From contig CAZQQT010000007.1 of NCBI GenBank assembly GCA_964595645.1, forward strand, positions 72,809-136,808: a stretch of DNA of 64,000 bases, in the 5' to 3' direction. How positions within the stretch are numbered: the stretch's first letter is position 1; each line of letters opens with the position of its first letter. Under the pieces are notes generated by a model. The model was not told the origin of the DNA. It searched no databases and worked only from the letters and a program-made list of their open reading frames with translations. Origin of the DNA: an uncultured Thermococci archaeon (lineage in GTDB: Archaea; Methanobacteriota_B; Thermococci; Methanofastidiosales; B48-G16). Made by a program: the position numbers and the translations under genes. Positions 18,127 to 27,003 of the stretch are shown in pieces.

Positions 18127-18366
18127 TTACTTCTCCTCTTCTATCTCCTCAAGTCGCTCCTTGTATTTCCCCATCATGGAGAGCGAGATACCAAACGCAA
18201 TGGCCAGGATCATGAAGGGAATGAACGCTGCCAGCCACCACGTCGAGTCGAGCACCTCAAGTACCGCGGTAAGAAGCGCCGGAGGGAACAGTGCACCGCC
18301 CAAGATCTTGGTATATCGCCTCCAGTGAGCAAGCTGTGATCTGAGAGTTCGTTCGTCGTCATTCAT
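18127..18366 (-). CDS. Small two-TM membrane protein (79 aa)
   Basis: ORF with hydrophobic stretches (LGGALFPPALLTAVL...WWLAAFIPFMILAIAFGISL). Convergent with radC. Confidence 0.3.
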   Translation of the reverse strand: MNDDERTLRSQLAHWRRYTKILGGALFPPALLTAVLEVLDSTWWLAAFIPFMILAIAFGISLSMMGKYKERLEEIEEEK

Positions 18367-18453
18367 TATGGAGCGTATCTCACCACATCTTAAAGTAGAT
18401 TGTGCCCTGGGACCATCACAACGTTTTTAAAGTGATAGACTAGAATATTATAG

Positions 18454-18822
18454 GTGACTACTCAAATGTGCTCACATACCTCACACCACAAAAAACCCGT
18501 CGATAGACGGATAGAGAGACTCCAGGAGCTGGCAAAGGCCCTCCACTGTCCCACACGGTGGAAGATCATCGCAATCCTCGGATCGGAGACGGCAACGACA
18601 AGCGAGATACGTGACGAGCTCCACACCCACGGGTACGAGATCACGCAGTCCTGTCTGTACTACCACCTCGCCGAGCTAAAAAATGCAGAACTCATCGAGG
18701 TTGCAGCGTTCGTCGAGGAAGGACAGGGAGCCCCCGAGAAGACGTGGAAACTCACCAGCGAACAAATCGTTATCGATCTGATCGAGACGGCAGGTGACGC
18801 CAATGAAGATCATCCGCGCTGA
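18454..18822 (+). CDS. ArsR/SmtB-family winged-helix transcriptional regulator
   Basis: Recognition helix region (EITQSCLYYHLAELKNAELIEV). Overlaps the start of the downstream ABC ATPase gene. Confidence 0.55.
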   Translation: MTTQMCSHTSHHKKPVDRRIERLQELAKALHCPTRWKIIAILGSETATTSEIRDELHTHGYEITQSCLYYHLAELKNAELIEVAAFVEEGQGAPEKTWKLTSEQIVIDLIETAGDANEDHPR

Positions 18823-19729
18823 ACAGCTCGACAAATCCTTCGACGGGATCCACGCCGTTGACGGCGTCTCCTTCTCGGTATCCAAGGGCGAGATATTCGG
18901 GTTTCTCGGGCCCAACGGCGCCGGCAAAACAACGACGGTGAGGATCTTCACCGGGGTGATCACTCCCGATGTGGGAACCGCCTGGATCCACGGGAAGAAC
19001 GTCAGAGAAAATCCAACCGGTGCGAAGGAGAATATCGGTATCGTCCCCGAGACGGCAAACGCCTATATCGATATGACCGGCTGGCAGAACATGATGCTGA
19101 TGGGCGAGCTCTACGGTGTCCCGAAACAGCGGAGAGAAGCACGGGCAGAGACGCTGATGGACCGTTTCGGCCTTAAAGAGCGATCCCACGATATCGTCAA
19201 GGGGTACAGCAAGGGGATGAAAAAGCGGCTGCTCCTGGCCATGGCCATGATCCACGACCCCTCGATACTGTTTCTCGATGAACCCATCGCCGGACTGGAC
19301 GTGCAGAGCCAGCGGCTGATCAAGCAGCGAACCCGTGAACTCCACGCCCAGGGAAAAACAATATTTTTAACAACGCACAACATCCCCGTAGCCAATGAAC
19401 TCTGCACCCGGGTGGCAGTGATCAACCACGGAAAAATCGCCGCCATCGACACCCCCGAGACCTTAAAAAGCGAGATGAAAGGAACGCAGTCCGTCGAGGT
19501 ACGGTTCGCCTCACAGCCGCCGCAGAATATGCTGAAGGAACGCATCAGCGCAGAAAAAATCGAAATACGAGGCGATCGATACCGAATTTACACCGCCGAT
19601 CCCGTCGCCACGGTGGAAGCACTCCTCCAGCTCGCACGGAACGAAGGGAGGAAAATCCTCTCACTGCAGACGCTGGGCCCCAGCCTCGAAGACGTCTTTG
19701 TCGAGCTCACGGAGGGTGCGCGCCCATGA
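18794..19729 (+). CDS. ABC transporter ATP-binding protein (ABC-2/CcmA-type)
   Basis: Walker A (GFLGPNGAGKTTT), Q-loop, ABC signature (YSKGMKKRL), Walker B (ILFLDEP), H-loop (IFLTTHN). Confidence 0.85.
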   Translation: MTPMKIIRAEQLDKSFDGIHAVDGVSFSVSKGEIFGFLGPNGAGKTTTVRIFTGVITPDVGTAWIHGKNVRENPTGAKENIGIVPETANAYIDMTGWQNMMLMGELYGVPKQRREARAETLMDRFGLKERSHDIVKGYSKGMKKRLLLAMAMIHDPSILFLDEPIAGLDVQSQRLIKQRTRELHAQGKTIFLTTHNIPVANELCTRVAVINHGKIAAIDTPETLKSEMKGTQSVEVRFASQPPQNMLKERISAEKIEIRGDRYRIYTADPVATVEALLQLARNEGRKILSLQTLGPSLEDVFVELTEGARP

Positions 19730-20469
19730 TCCAACTGAGCAAATCCATTGCCGTCGCCAAGAAGAACCTTCGTATTTACTACGCGAAGGGACCGGTAGTC
19801 ATCTTCGGTATGTTGTTACCCTTCTTCTTTTTCCTGGCATTCTGGATGGGGAGGGAGATGCCCGCCACCATGCTGGGCACAGGACTCGTGGGAATGGCAA
19901 TCTGGTTTACCGCCACGTCCATCAGCCCGGTGATCACGCCGTGGGAAACGAGGACGAAGACGCTTGAACGGCTCGTCTCATCTCCCATCAGCCACGCCGG
20001 AATCTTACTCGGTGATGTCCTGTCCTCGGCGTTGATAGGTATCGTGATGACCGCAGCGCCGGTGCTAATCGCCCTTTTCTTTCTCGAACTGACGATTGTC
20101 CACCCGCTCCTCCTCTTCATCGGGATTCTCCTGGCAAGCCTGTGCTTCTCGACCATCGGCGTGCTGATGGCGGCCTTCCCCACCGATACGCCTGCAGACG
20201 TGATGATGCTCTCCACGTTGGTCAAGTTCCCCATGGTCTTCATCAGCGGGATTTTCATTCCGATCCACGAGCTTCCTGCGTGGGGAACGGCGGTGGCCCA
20301 TCTCTCCCCGCTGACCTACCTCACCGATCTCACCCGCCACTGTTTTGGCGGGGGTGACGCATTCTGGCCCTCACCACTCCACGATATCCTCATCCTCATG
20401 GGATTCACCGTGCTCTTCGCGGTAGTAGCTGTGGTATCCCACAGAAAAACACTGCCGGGCAGGCTGTAA
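19726..20469 (+). CDS. ABC-2 family permease (6 TM)
   Basis: Hydrophobic 247-aa ORF overlapping the ATPase stop (ATGA). Confidence 0.7.
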   Translation: MIQLSKSIAVAKKNLRIYYAKGPVVIFGMLLPFFFFLAFWMGREMPATMLGTGLVGMAIWFTATSISPVITPWETRTKTLERLVSSPISHAGILLGDVLSSALIGIVMTAAPVLIALFFLELTIVHPLLLFIGILLASLCFSTIGVLMAAFPTDTPADVMMLSTLVKFPMVFISGIFIPIHELPAWGTAVAHLSPLTYLTDLTRHCFGGGDAFWPSPLHDILILMGFTVLFAVVAVVSHRKTLPGRL

Positions 20470-20565
20470 TACTGCGCGAGTGTACCACGGAGCGACCTTG
20501 TTGACTGTTGAACGTGGAGAGAGGGTGCACACCATGAAACCGAGGTTTACTGAGCAGGTGATCAC

Positions 20566-22368
20566 ATGTCGAAAACGAAAAGGAAACATCCAAGAAAAAA
20601 AGGTAAGCGCACGAACACCCGCATGATCCCCACGTTGGGGAGGTTAGGCGGATACGCCCGACGCCACTGGCTGAAGATTGCCGGTGCCATGGTAGCCGTG
20701 GTGATCTCCACGGCCTTGGGGCTCGTTCCTCCCTGGCTCATCCGGTACGGCGTGGATACCATAATACTGAAAGGGAGGACGGATCGTCTCGTGATTATAG
20801 GGTTGGCAATGGTCGGTACCGCCGTACTGAAGGGGTTTTTTGACTTTGTAAAAAGTTATGTATCGGAGTACATCGCACAAACCATCATCCATGACATCCG
20901 CGTGAACCTGTACGAACATCTCACCACCCTCTCATTTTCCTTTTACGATGAATCGAGAACAGGCGATCTCATGTCCCGGCTCACCGCCGATGCAGACTCA
21001 CTTCGCCGTTTCCTGGGGAGAGTGAGTACCTACGTTTCTGAGAATATCCTGACCATCGCCGGTATTCTAGTGGTCATGATGATCTGGGACTACCGTCTGG
21101 GAATGCTGTACCTGTTGCTCCTTCCGTTCATGGTTTTCGGAATGACCATATACGCCACCAGAGTGAGACCGATGTTTCGGAAGGTACGGCGAACATTTGC
21201 CGCGCTGACCCATGTAGTCCAGGAAAACTTCGTTGGCATCGAGGTAATCAAGCTTTTTGGAAGAGAACGCGAGGAAGAAAAAAAGTTTCACGCACAAAAC
21301 AAGCAGTACATCGACATCAATATAGAAGCAGCTAAAGTCTCAGCGTTGTGGATGCCGTATGTCCATTTTCTTATGGGGTTGGGCACCGCGTTAGTTGTGT
21401 GGTACGGCGGTCGGCTGGTCATCACCGACGTGATTTCTCTGGGGACGTTGGCAGGGTTTATCAGCTACATTGCGATGCTGCTGCGTCCTGTGAGACAGAC
21501 GGGAATGATGATAAACTTCAGCAGCCAGGCTGTGGCTGCCGCCGAAAGAATATTTGAAGTGATGGACACCTCCTCGGAGATAGAAGACGCCCCCGATGCC
21601 TACGATCTACCCGCAGTGGAAGGTGAGGTAGAAGTTAACGATGTCAGTTTTTCCTACCGGGGAGGAACACAGGTGTTGAAGGATATCAACATCCACGTAG
21701 CGCCGGGACAGACAGTGGCGATAGTGGGCCCCACCGGCGCCGGAAAAAGCACGTTGCTCCATCTCCTCCCTCGATTTTACGATCCCGACGAGGGACAGAT
21801 CCTCATAGATGGACACGATATCAGGGAGGTCACACTCAACAGTTTGAGAAAACAGGTGGGGATTGTACTGCAACACACCTTTCTGTTCGGAGCCTCTATC
21901 AGAGAGAATATCTCCTACGGTAAGCCGGAAGCCCCCATGGACAAGATCATTGAATGTGCTAAAATTGCGCAGATCCATGAGTTCATTGAATCGTTGCCCC
22001 TCGGGTATGAGACGCCGATAGGAGAACGGGGCGTGAACTTATCCGGAGGGCAAAAACAGCGGTTGGCCATGGCCAGAGTGTTACTGACCGATCCGGCGTT
22101 ACTGATACTGGATGAACCCACCTCCAGTATCGATGCTGAGACAGAGGAGAGAATGCGGGAGGCCATGAAGGACGTGATTAAAGATAGAACAACGTTTGTG
22201 ATTGCACATAGACTGTGGACGGTAAAACATGCAGATAAAATTCTGGTAATTAAAAACGGCGAGATAGTAGAAAAAGGAACACATCACGAACTACTTTCTC
22301 GTGGCGAAGGGTTCTATACGGACGTATATCAACAGGTCCTGAAAAACGAAGAGGCAGGTGAGAAATAA
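20566..22368 (+). CDS. ABC exporter, fused permease-ATPase (MsbA/MdlA-like), first half of a heterodimer
   Basis: N-terminal 6-TM domain then NBD with Walker A (GPTGAGKST), LSGGQKQR signature, Walker B (ILDEPTSS), H-loop (AHRL). Confidence 0.85.
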   Translation: MSKTKRKHPRKKGKRTNTRMIPTLGRLGGYARRHWLKIAGAMVAVVISTALGLVPPWLIRYGVDTIILKGRTDRLVIIGLAMVGTAVLKGFFDFVKSYVSEYIAQTIIHDIRVNLYEHLTTLSFSFYDESRTGDLMSRLTADADSLRRFLGRVSTYVSENILTIAGILVVMMIWDYRLGMLYLLLLPFMVFGMTIYATRVRPMFRKVRRTFAALTHVVQENFVGIEVIKLFGREREEEKKFHAQNKQYIDINIEAAKVSALWMPYVHFLMGLGTALVVWYGGRLVITDVISLGTLAGFISYIAMLLRPVRQTGMMINFSSQAVAAAERIFEVMDTSSEIEDAPDAYDLPAVEGEVEVNDVSFSYRGGTQVLKDINIHVAPGQTVAIVGPTGAGKSTLLHLLPRFYDPDEGQILIDGHDIREVTLNSLRKQVGIVLQHTFLFGASIRENISYGKPEAPMDKIIECAKIAQIHEFIESLPLGYETPIGERGVNLSGGQKQRLAMARVLLTDPALLILDEPTSSIDAETEERMREAMKDVIKDRTTFVIAHRLWTVKHADKILVIKNGEIVEKGTHHELLSRGEGFYTDVYQQVLKNEEAGEK

Positions 22369-24158
22369 TGCGAGGCGGATTCGGTCGTAGAATTTCATCG
22401 GGTGATGAAGAAGATTTCTCCTTGAAACAGCTGGATAAACGAGCACTGAAATTTCTATTGAAATATCTCAAAAAACACACGAAGGTCCTATTGATCGCCA
22501 TCGCCTGTATGGTGATAGTCACGTTGGCCAGTCTCGCCGGTCCCTTTTTAATCAAGATAGCCGTTGATGACTACATCATGGAGGGGGATATGGCTGGACT
22601 GAACTGGGTAGTGATACTGATGGTACTCTCGTATGGGATATACTGGCTTTTTTCCTACTTTCAGACCTACCTCTCCAACTGGATAGGGCAGAAGATCGTG
22701 GGAGATATCAGAGAGGATCTTTACCGTCATCTTCAGGAACTCTCCATCGACTTTTTCCACAAGCGCAATACAGGAGACATCATGTCTCGGGTTACCCATG
22801 ATGTGAACGCCCTCTCCGATCTGGTGTCAACAGGGTTTGTCCACCTGCTCAATGATCTCCTCACCGTCACAGGGATTGTGGTAATAATGGTGGTATTAGA
22901 CGTGAAACTGGCCCTGGTAAGTTTCATTACCATCCCCTTCATTTTCTTTGTGGTATACGTTCTTGGCAAAAGGATGAGGAAAGCATACAGAGGAGTCAGA
23001 GAAAAGCTGGCCGAACTAAACGCTGATGTTGAAGAAAATTTATCTGGAATTAGACTGATTCAAGCGTTAAATAGAGAGTCAATAAACACGGGCAAATTCA
23101 GTAGGTTGAGCTGGGAAAATTTAAAGGCAAACCTGAAGGCGGCCTCCTACTTCTCCCTTTTATTCCCAGTAATGAACCTGAGCAAAGTGTTCGGAGAAGC
23201 GTTGGTACTGGGATACGGAGGCTGGGGAATTGTTGAAGGAACCATCTCGTTAGGAGTTGTAATGGCTTTTATGGAATATGTACGGAGATTTTTTGCGCCG
23301 CTGGCTGATTTAAGCCAGGTGTACAATACGTACCAATCTGCCGGTGCGGCCTTAGACCGAATCTATGAGTACACGTCCATCGAACCCACAATTGAAGAGC
23401 CGGAGACCCCCGTATCGCCGGGAACGGATGTAAAGGGACGGATCGAGTTTAACCATGTGACGTTTAATTACGGGAAAGAACCGGTGATCGATGGGTTGAA
23501 CCTGCGGATTGATCCGGGAGAGGTATTGGCCCTGGTAGGTCCTACCGGCGCAGGAAAAACAACGATTGTGAACCTTTTGACAAGACTCTACGATGTGGAT
23601 CACGGTGAAATTTTAATAGATGGAATCAACATAAAACAATACTCTATACACACTCTTCGATCCCTCATTTCAGTTGTGCCCCAGAATATATTCCTTTTTG
23701 ATACCTCCATAAAAAACAATATTCGCTACGGTAAGCCGGGAGCCAGTGACAAGGAGATAGTTGAAATAACCAAACAGGTACAGGCCCATGAGTTCATCAA
23801 GGATTTGCCTAAAGGATATGAGACCCGTGTCGGTGAAGGAGGAGTCAAGCTTTCCGGCGGTCAGAAACAGTTGGTTTCATTCGCCCGGGCAATGCTGGCC
23901 GATCCTACAATACTGATCCTTGATGAAGCCACCTCCAGTGTGGATGCCTACACAGAAGTCCTCATCCAGCGGGCCATGGAAACGTTGTTAAAAGGGAGGA
24001 CGGTACTGATGATCGCCCACCGGTTTGCTACGCTGAATAAGGCAGAGAGAATCGGTGTGGTAGAAAATGGAAGAGTGACCGACACCGGCACTCATGACGA
24101 GCTTATGGAAAGAAACAAGGTGTATCGGGATCTGTATACCACGCAAAAAAGGGGTTAA
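22368..24158 (+). CDS. ABC exporter, fused permease-ATPase, second half of the heterodimer
   Basis: Same architecture (GPTGAGKTT, LSGGQKQ, ILDEATSSVD, AHRF). Its start shares one nucleotide with the upstream stop (TAATG). Confidence 0.85.
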   Translation: MRGGFGRRISSGDEEDFSLKQLDKRALKFLLKYLKKHTKVLLIAIACMVIVTLASLAGPFLIKIAVDDYIMEGDMAGLNWVVILMVLSYGIYWLFSYFQTYLSNWIGQKIVGDIREDLYRHLQELSIDFFHKRNTGDIMSRVTHDVNALSDLVSTGFVHLLNDLLTVTGIVVIMVVLDVKLALVSFITIPFIFFVVYVLGKRMRKAYRGVREKLAELNADVEENLSGIRLIQALNRESINTGKFSRLSWENLKANLKAASYFSLLFPVMNLSKVFGEALVLGYGGWGIVEGTISLGVVMAFMEYVRRFFAPLADLSQVYNTYQSAGAALDRIYEYTSIEPTIEEPETPVSPGTDVKGRIEFNHVTFNYGKEPVIDGLNLRIDPGEVLALVGPTGAGKTTIVNLLTRLYDVDHGEILIDGINIKQYSIHTLRSLISVVPQNIFLFDTSIKNNIRYGKPGASDKEIVEITKQVQAHEFIKDLPKGYETRVGEGGVKLSGGQKQLVSFARAMLADPTILILDEATSSVDAYTEVLIQRAMETLLKGRTVLMIAHRFATLNKAERIGVVENGRVTDTGTHDELMERNKVYRDLYTTQKRG

Positions 24159-24173
24159 AAAATAGAAGATTTC

Positions 24174-24392
24174 TTGAAGAAGGTGGAGAACAGATATAAT
24201 CCGGAAAAAATCCTTGTGTTCGGCAGTAGAGCACGGGACGATCACCTCACTACCAGCGACTATGACGTGGTCACAAGTTTGAAGATATCCCCTTTCTTGA
24301 GAGAATCTCTCAACTCCCCTTCATTCATCATACGATGCATCATATTTCGCTACATGTACGTAGGTTGTAGTTCTCCTAAGTGCCTAGAATAA
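24174..24392 (+). pseudogene. Remnant of a minimal nucleotidyltransferase (MNT) antitoxin gene. Only the first ~35 codons are MNT-like.
   Basis: N-terminus (ILVFGSRARDDHLTTSDYDVV) matches the MNT GS-x9-DxD core. The rest of the ORF is low-complexity with no MNT similarity. Confidence 0.4.
24297..24313. repeat. 17-bp perfect palindrome TTGAGAGAATCTCTCAA
   Basis: Read directly from the sequence. Lies inside the MNT remnant, ~140 nt past the ABC exporter stop. Confidence 0.4.
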
Positions 24393-24437
24393 GAATATAC
24401 CATATTGGAGATATATTTAAATAATACGAAACGCTAG

Positions 24438-24788
24438 ATGTACATGGAGATGGAGAGAAAAATGAAAGAAGTAAAAGAAGTGTCGGAGGCAGTGAAAAGC
24501 ATTCTAGACGAGATGGGAGTCGAATATAGAGAAGTGATGTTATTTGGGAGTAGAGCTACAGATATGTCTGAAAAAGAGAGTGATTGGGACCTTTTGGTGG
24601 TCCTTAAGAATCCTATCAATGCAAAAGAAAAGAAAACCCTGTGGGTTGAGATACATGAAAAATTCCATGAACGGTTCCCCTTTACGTCTATCGACATTAT
24701 CGTAAAAGACGCAGACTCGTTTGAGAGGGAAAAAACAATCGCGAATACCATCTCCAATGAAGTGTATTTGGAAGGAATCCGTATATGA
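24438..24788 (+). CDS. Minimal nucleotidyltransferase (MNT) antitoxin of a HEPN/MNT pair
   Basis: Motif (LFGSRATDMSEKESDWDLLVV). Its stop overlaps the start of the downstream HEPN reading frame (ATGA). Confidence 0.7.
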   Translation: MYMEMERKMKEVKEVSEAVKSILDEMGVEYREVMLFGSRATDMSEKESDWDLLVVLKNPINAKEKKTLWVEIHEKFHERFPFTSIDIIVKDADSFEREKTIANTISNEVYLEGIRI

Positions 24789-25048
24789 AAGAAAAAATAG
24801 TACTCCGTTGGATGGAAAAGGCAAGGAATGATCTGAAAGTTGTCGAGCATTAAATAGGCGTAGACGACGCACCCACAGATATGCTCTTATTTCATTGTCA
24901 GTAAGCCGTTGAGAAATACCTAAAGGCCTACTTGACATGGTGCGATGTCCGAATTAGAAAAACACATGATCTTGAAACTATTCTCTATCACTGTATAGAA
25001 AAGGGTAAAAAATTTTATAGCCGAAAGACTAGAGAAAAAAGGATTTAA
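24785..25048 (+). pseudogene. HEPN-domain toxin gene interrupted by two in-frame TAA codons (at 24851-24853 and 24902-24904)
   Basis: A single frame reads MKEKIVLRWMEKARNDLKVVEH*IGVDDAPTDMLLFHCQ*AVEKYLKAYLTWCDVRIRKTHDLETILYHCIEKG.... This matches the HEPN helix pattern (..FHCQQAVEKyLKA.L) with stops replacing expected Q/L codons. Confidence 0.6.
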
Positions 25049-25218
25049 AGGTACTAAAAATAATGAATAGAACGAGAAGATTACTATATAATATTATTTA
25101 TTTCAAAAAGCGTTGAAAACGCACCAAGGCTCTGTATATCAAGACCCTGGTACCTGTAAGTGTACTATTCTGTGATCGGAAAGGAAAACATATTTAACGA
25201 TATACCCACAAAGAGGGT

Positions 25219-26235
25219 ATGGGATCGGTGGAGAACACACGAATTATCGTGATATCAGACACACACCTGGGACACAGCCGCGCGAATGTCACAGCGTTCA
25301 ATGCGTTTCTACAATGGCTCGCCAAGGGAGATCTCCGGGTACGAACAACAGACGGGGAACGGGAGCTGCCGTACCCCGATACGCTTCTCCTCCTCGGTGA
25401 TATCCTCGAACTCTGGGAGCCGGCGAACGACAGTTTCGGATCGGTGGGAGACCAGTCGAAAATGCTGCTGGAGAAACTGATCGAGCTCCCCTGTAAGAAG
25501 ATCTACGTTCTCGGGAACCACGACACGAGTCTCGAGGAGCTGCGGGCGAAGAAGTACCGGCTGCCCGGTGGCGACTTCGAGATATTCTACAACCATTTTC
25601 CCGCAGAGGTCACGGATACGGTGACCATCGGGGCACAGAAGTACTTCTTTATGCACGGCCACCAGTTCGACAAAGACACGCGGAAGTTCGGGAAGTGGGG
25701 TGAGATCGGTCCGTCGATCCTCCTCTCCCTACAGAAAATCAATAAGAAGATGTTTCGTCTTCACGGGTTCGGATCGCTCCTGCTCGCACTACTCTTCTAC
25801 TGTCTCCACCTGTACTTCGGCGATACCTGCCCACTCTACGGGACTGCCGCCCTCTCCCCCTTCTGGGGCACGAATCTCCTCTGGCGGATGGGACGGCCTG
25901 TGGCGAGACGGTTCTGTAAGGCGCGGGAGGAGCGTATCTACTCTATTGTGGAACATGGATGGTACGAGGCTGCACGGGACACCATCGCCGCAGACAACCT
26001 CGTGTTTGCCCACACGCACGCCCCAGGAATCGAACGGGGCGACAGGCTGGAGCGTACCACAGGGAAACGGGTAAACAAGGAGCTGCTGGTGAACAGCGGG
26101 TCGTGGTTTTCCGGGGAGACAATTGAGAACACCTTTCTCTATATCGATGCCGACGCGATCCTCCTTTTTAAATGGGGGGAGATACCGGAGCTCGTGATGA
26201 AGCACTCCGTGAGAGGAGAAGATAAATTTAAATAG
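25219..26235 (+). CDS. Calcineurin-like metallophosphoesterase with a C-terminal membrane segment
   Basis: Motifs (VISDTHLGH, LLLGDILE, GNHD, FMHGHQFD, AHTHAPG). Hydrophobic helix (LLLALLFYCLHLYF). Confidence 0.7.
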   Translation: MGSVENTRIIVISDTHLGHSRANVTAFNAFLQWLAKGDLRVRTTDGERELPYPDTLLLLGDILELWEPANDSFGSVGDQSKMLLEKLIELPCKKIYVLGNHDTSLEELRAKKYRLPGGDFEIFYNHFPAEVTDTVTIGAQKYFFMHGHQFDKDTRKFGKWGEIGPSILLSLQKINKKMFRLHGFGSLLLALLFYCLHLYFGDTCPLYGTAALSPFWGTNLLWRMGRPVARRFCKAREERIYSIVEHGWYEAARDTIAADNLVFAHTHAPGIERGDRLERTTGKRVNKELLVNSGSWFSGETIENTFLYIDADAILLFKWGEIPELVMKHSVRGEDKFK

Positions 26236-26263
26236 AAAAAGTAGAAGAGGAGTATAGAGTCCT

Positions 26264-26518
26264 ATGAAATCAGTAGATATTCCTGAGGATGTACTAGCCT
26301 CAATAAAAATACCGGAAGAAGATATGGAGAAAGTGTTAAAGGTAGAGTTGGCGATAGCTCTTTATCAGCGGGGTATTATTTCACTAGGAAAAGCAAGAAA
26401 AATGGCAGAAATGGACAAATGGGAGTTTTTGGAGGAACTTGGCAAACGAAAAATTTCGCCTCACTACACAGAGAAAGAATTGAAGGAGGATATAAACTTT
26501 GCTAGAGGTAATAAGTAA
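26264..26518 (+). CDS. UPF0175-family small protein, putative antitoxin partner of DUF3368
   Basis: 84-aa ORF (..VELAIALYQRGIISLGKARKMAEMDKWEFLEELGKRKI..) immediately upstream of, and overlapping, a DUF3368 PIN-like gene. Confidence 0.5.
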   Translation: MKSVDIPEDVLASIKIPEEDMEKVLKVELAIALYQRGIISLGKARKMAEMDKWEFLEELGKRKISPHYTEKELKEDINFARGNK

Positions 26519-26986
26519 CTCATCGCCGCTCATCCATCTTGCGAAAATAGGAAGATTAAATCTATTATCATGCTTTTTTGATGGAGTAGTTATTCCTGAA
26601 GCAGTATATAGAGAATGTGTTGTTGAAGGGGAAGATAAAAAGGACGCAAAAAGGATTAAAATGGCGGAATGGATTAGTGTAGAAAAAATAAGAAATAAAG
26701 AGCTAAAAAAAGCATTTATGATGATTTTAGATGAGGGAGAAGCAGAAACAATTGTACTAGCGCTGGAAAAGTCTGCCGATCTTCTCCTCCTAGATGAATA
26801 TGAAGCAAGAAAAGTGGCAAGAACCTACAACTTACCTATTACGGGACCATTGGTATACTGCTAAAGGCAACGTATGGAGGAAAAATACCAACACTGAAGA
26901 ATGAATTGGACAATTTAAGAGGTACGGGTTTCTGGTTGCATGAAGAATTATATAAGAAAATATTGAGAAAAGTAGACGAATTATAA
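26499..26986 (+). pseudogene. DUF3368 PIN-like nuclease gene with a -1 frameshift near 26845
   Basis: Frame 1 gives ...ARKVARTYNLPITGPLVYC*. The conserved C-terminus (LLKATYGGKIPTLKNELDNLRGTGFWLHEELYKKILRKVDEL) continues in the +1 frame. One missing A in GGA(A)CC would restore ITGTIGILLKA. Confidence 0.5.
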
Positions 26987-27003
26987 ATTTAAAACCTCTA
27001 TTC

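Noticed and set aside
18770-19345. 191-aa minus-strand ORF inside the ABC ATPase gene
   Set aside because: Lies within the very GC-rich block, where long spurious antisense ORFs are expected. The sense strand carries unmistakable Walker/signature motifs.
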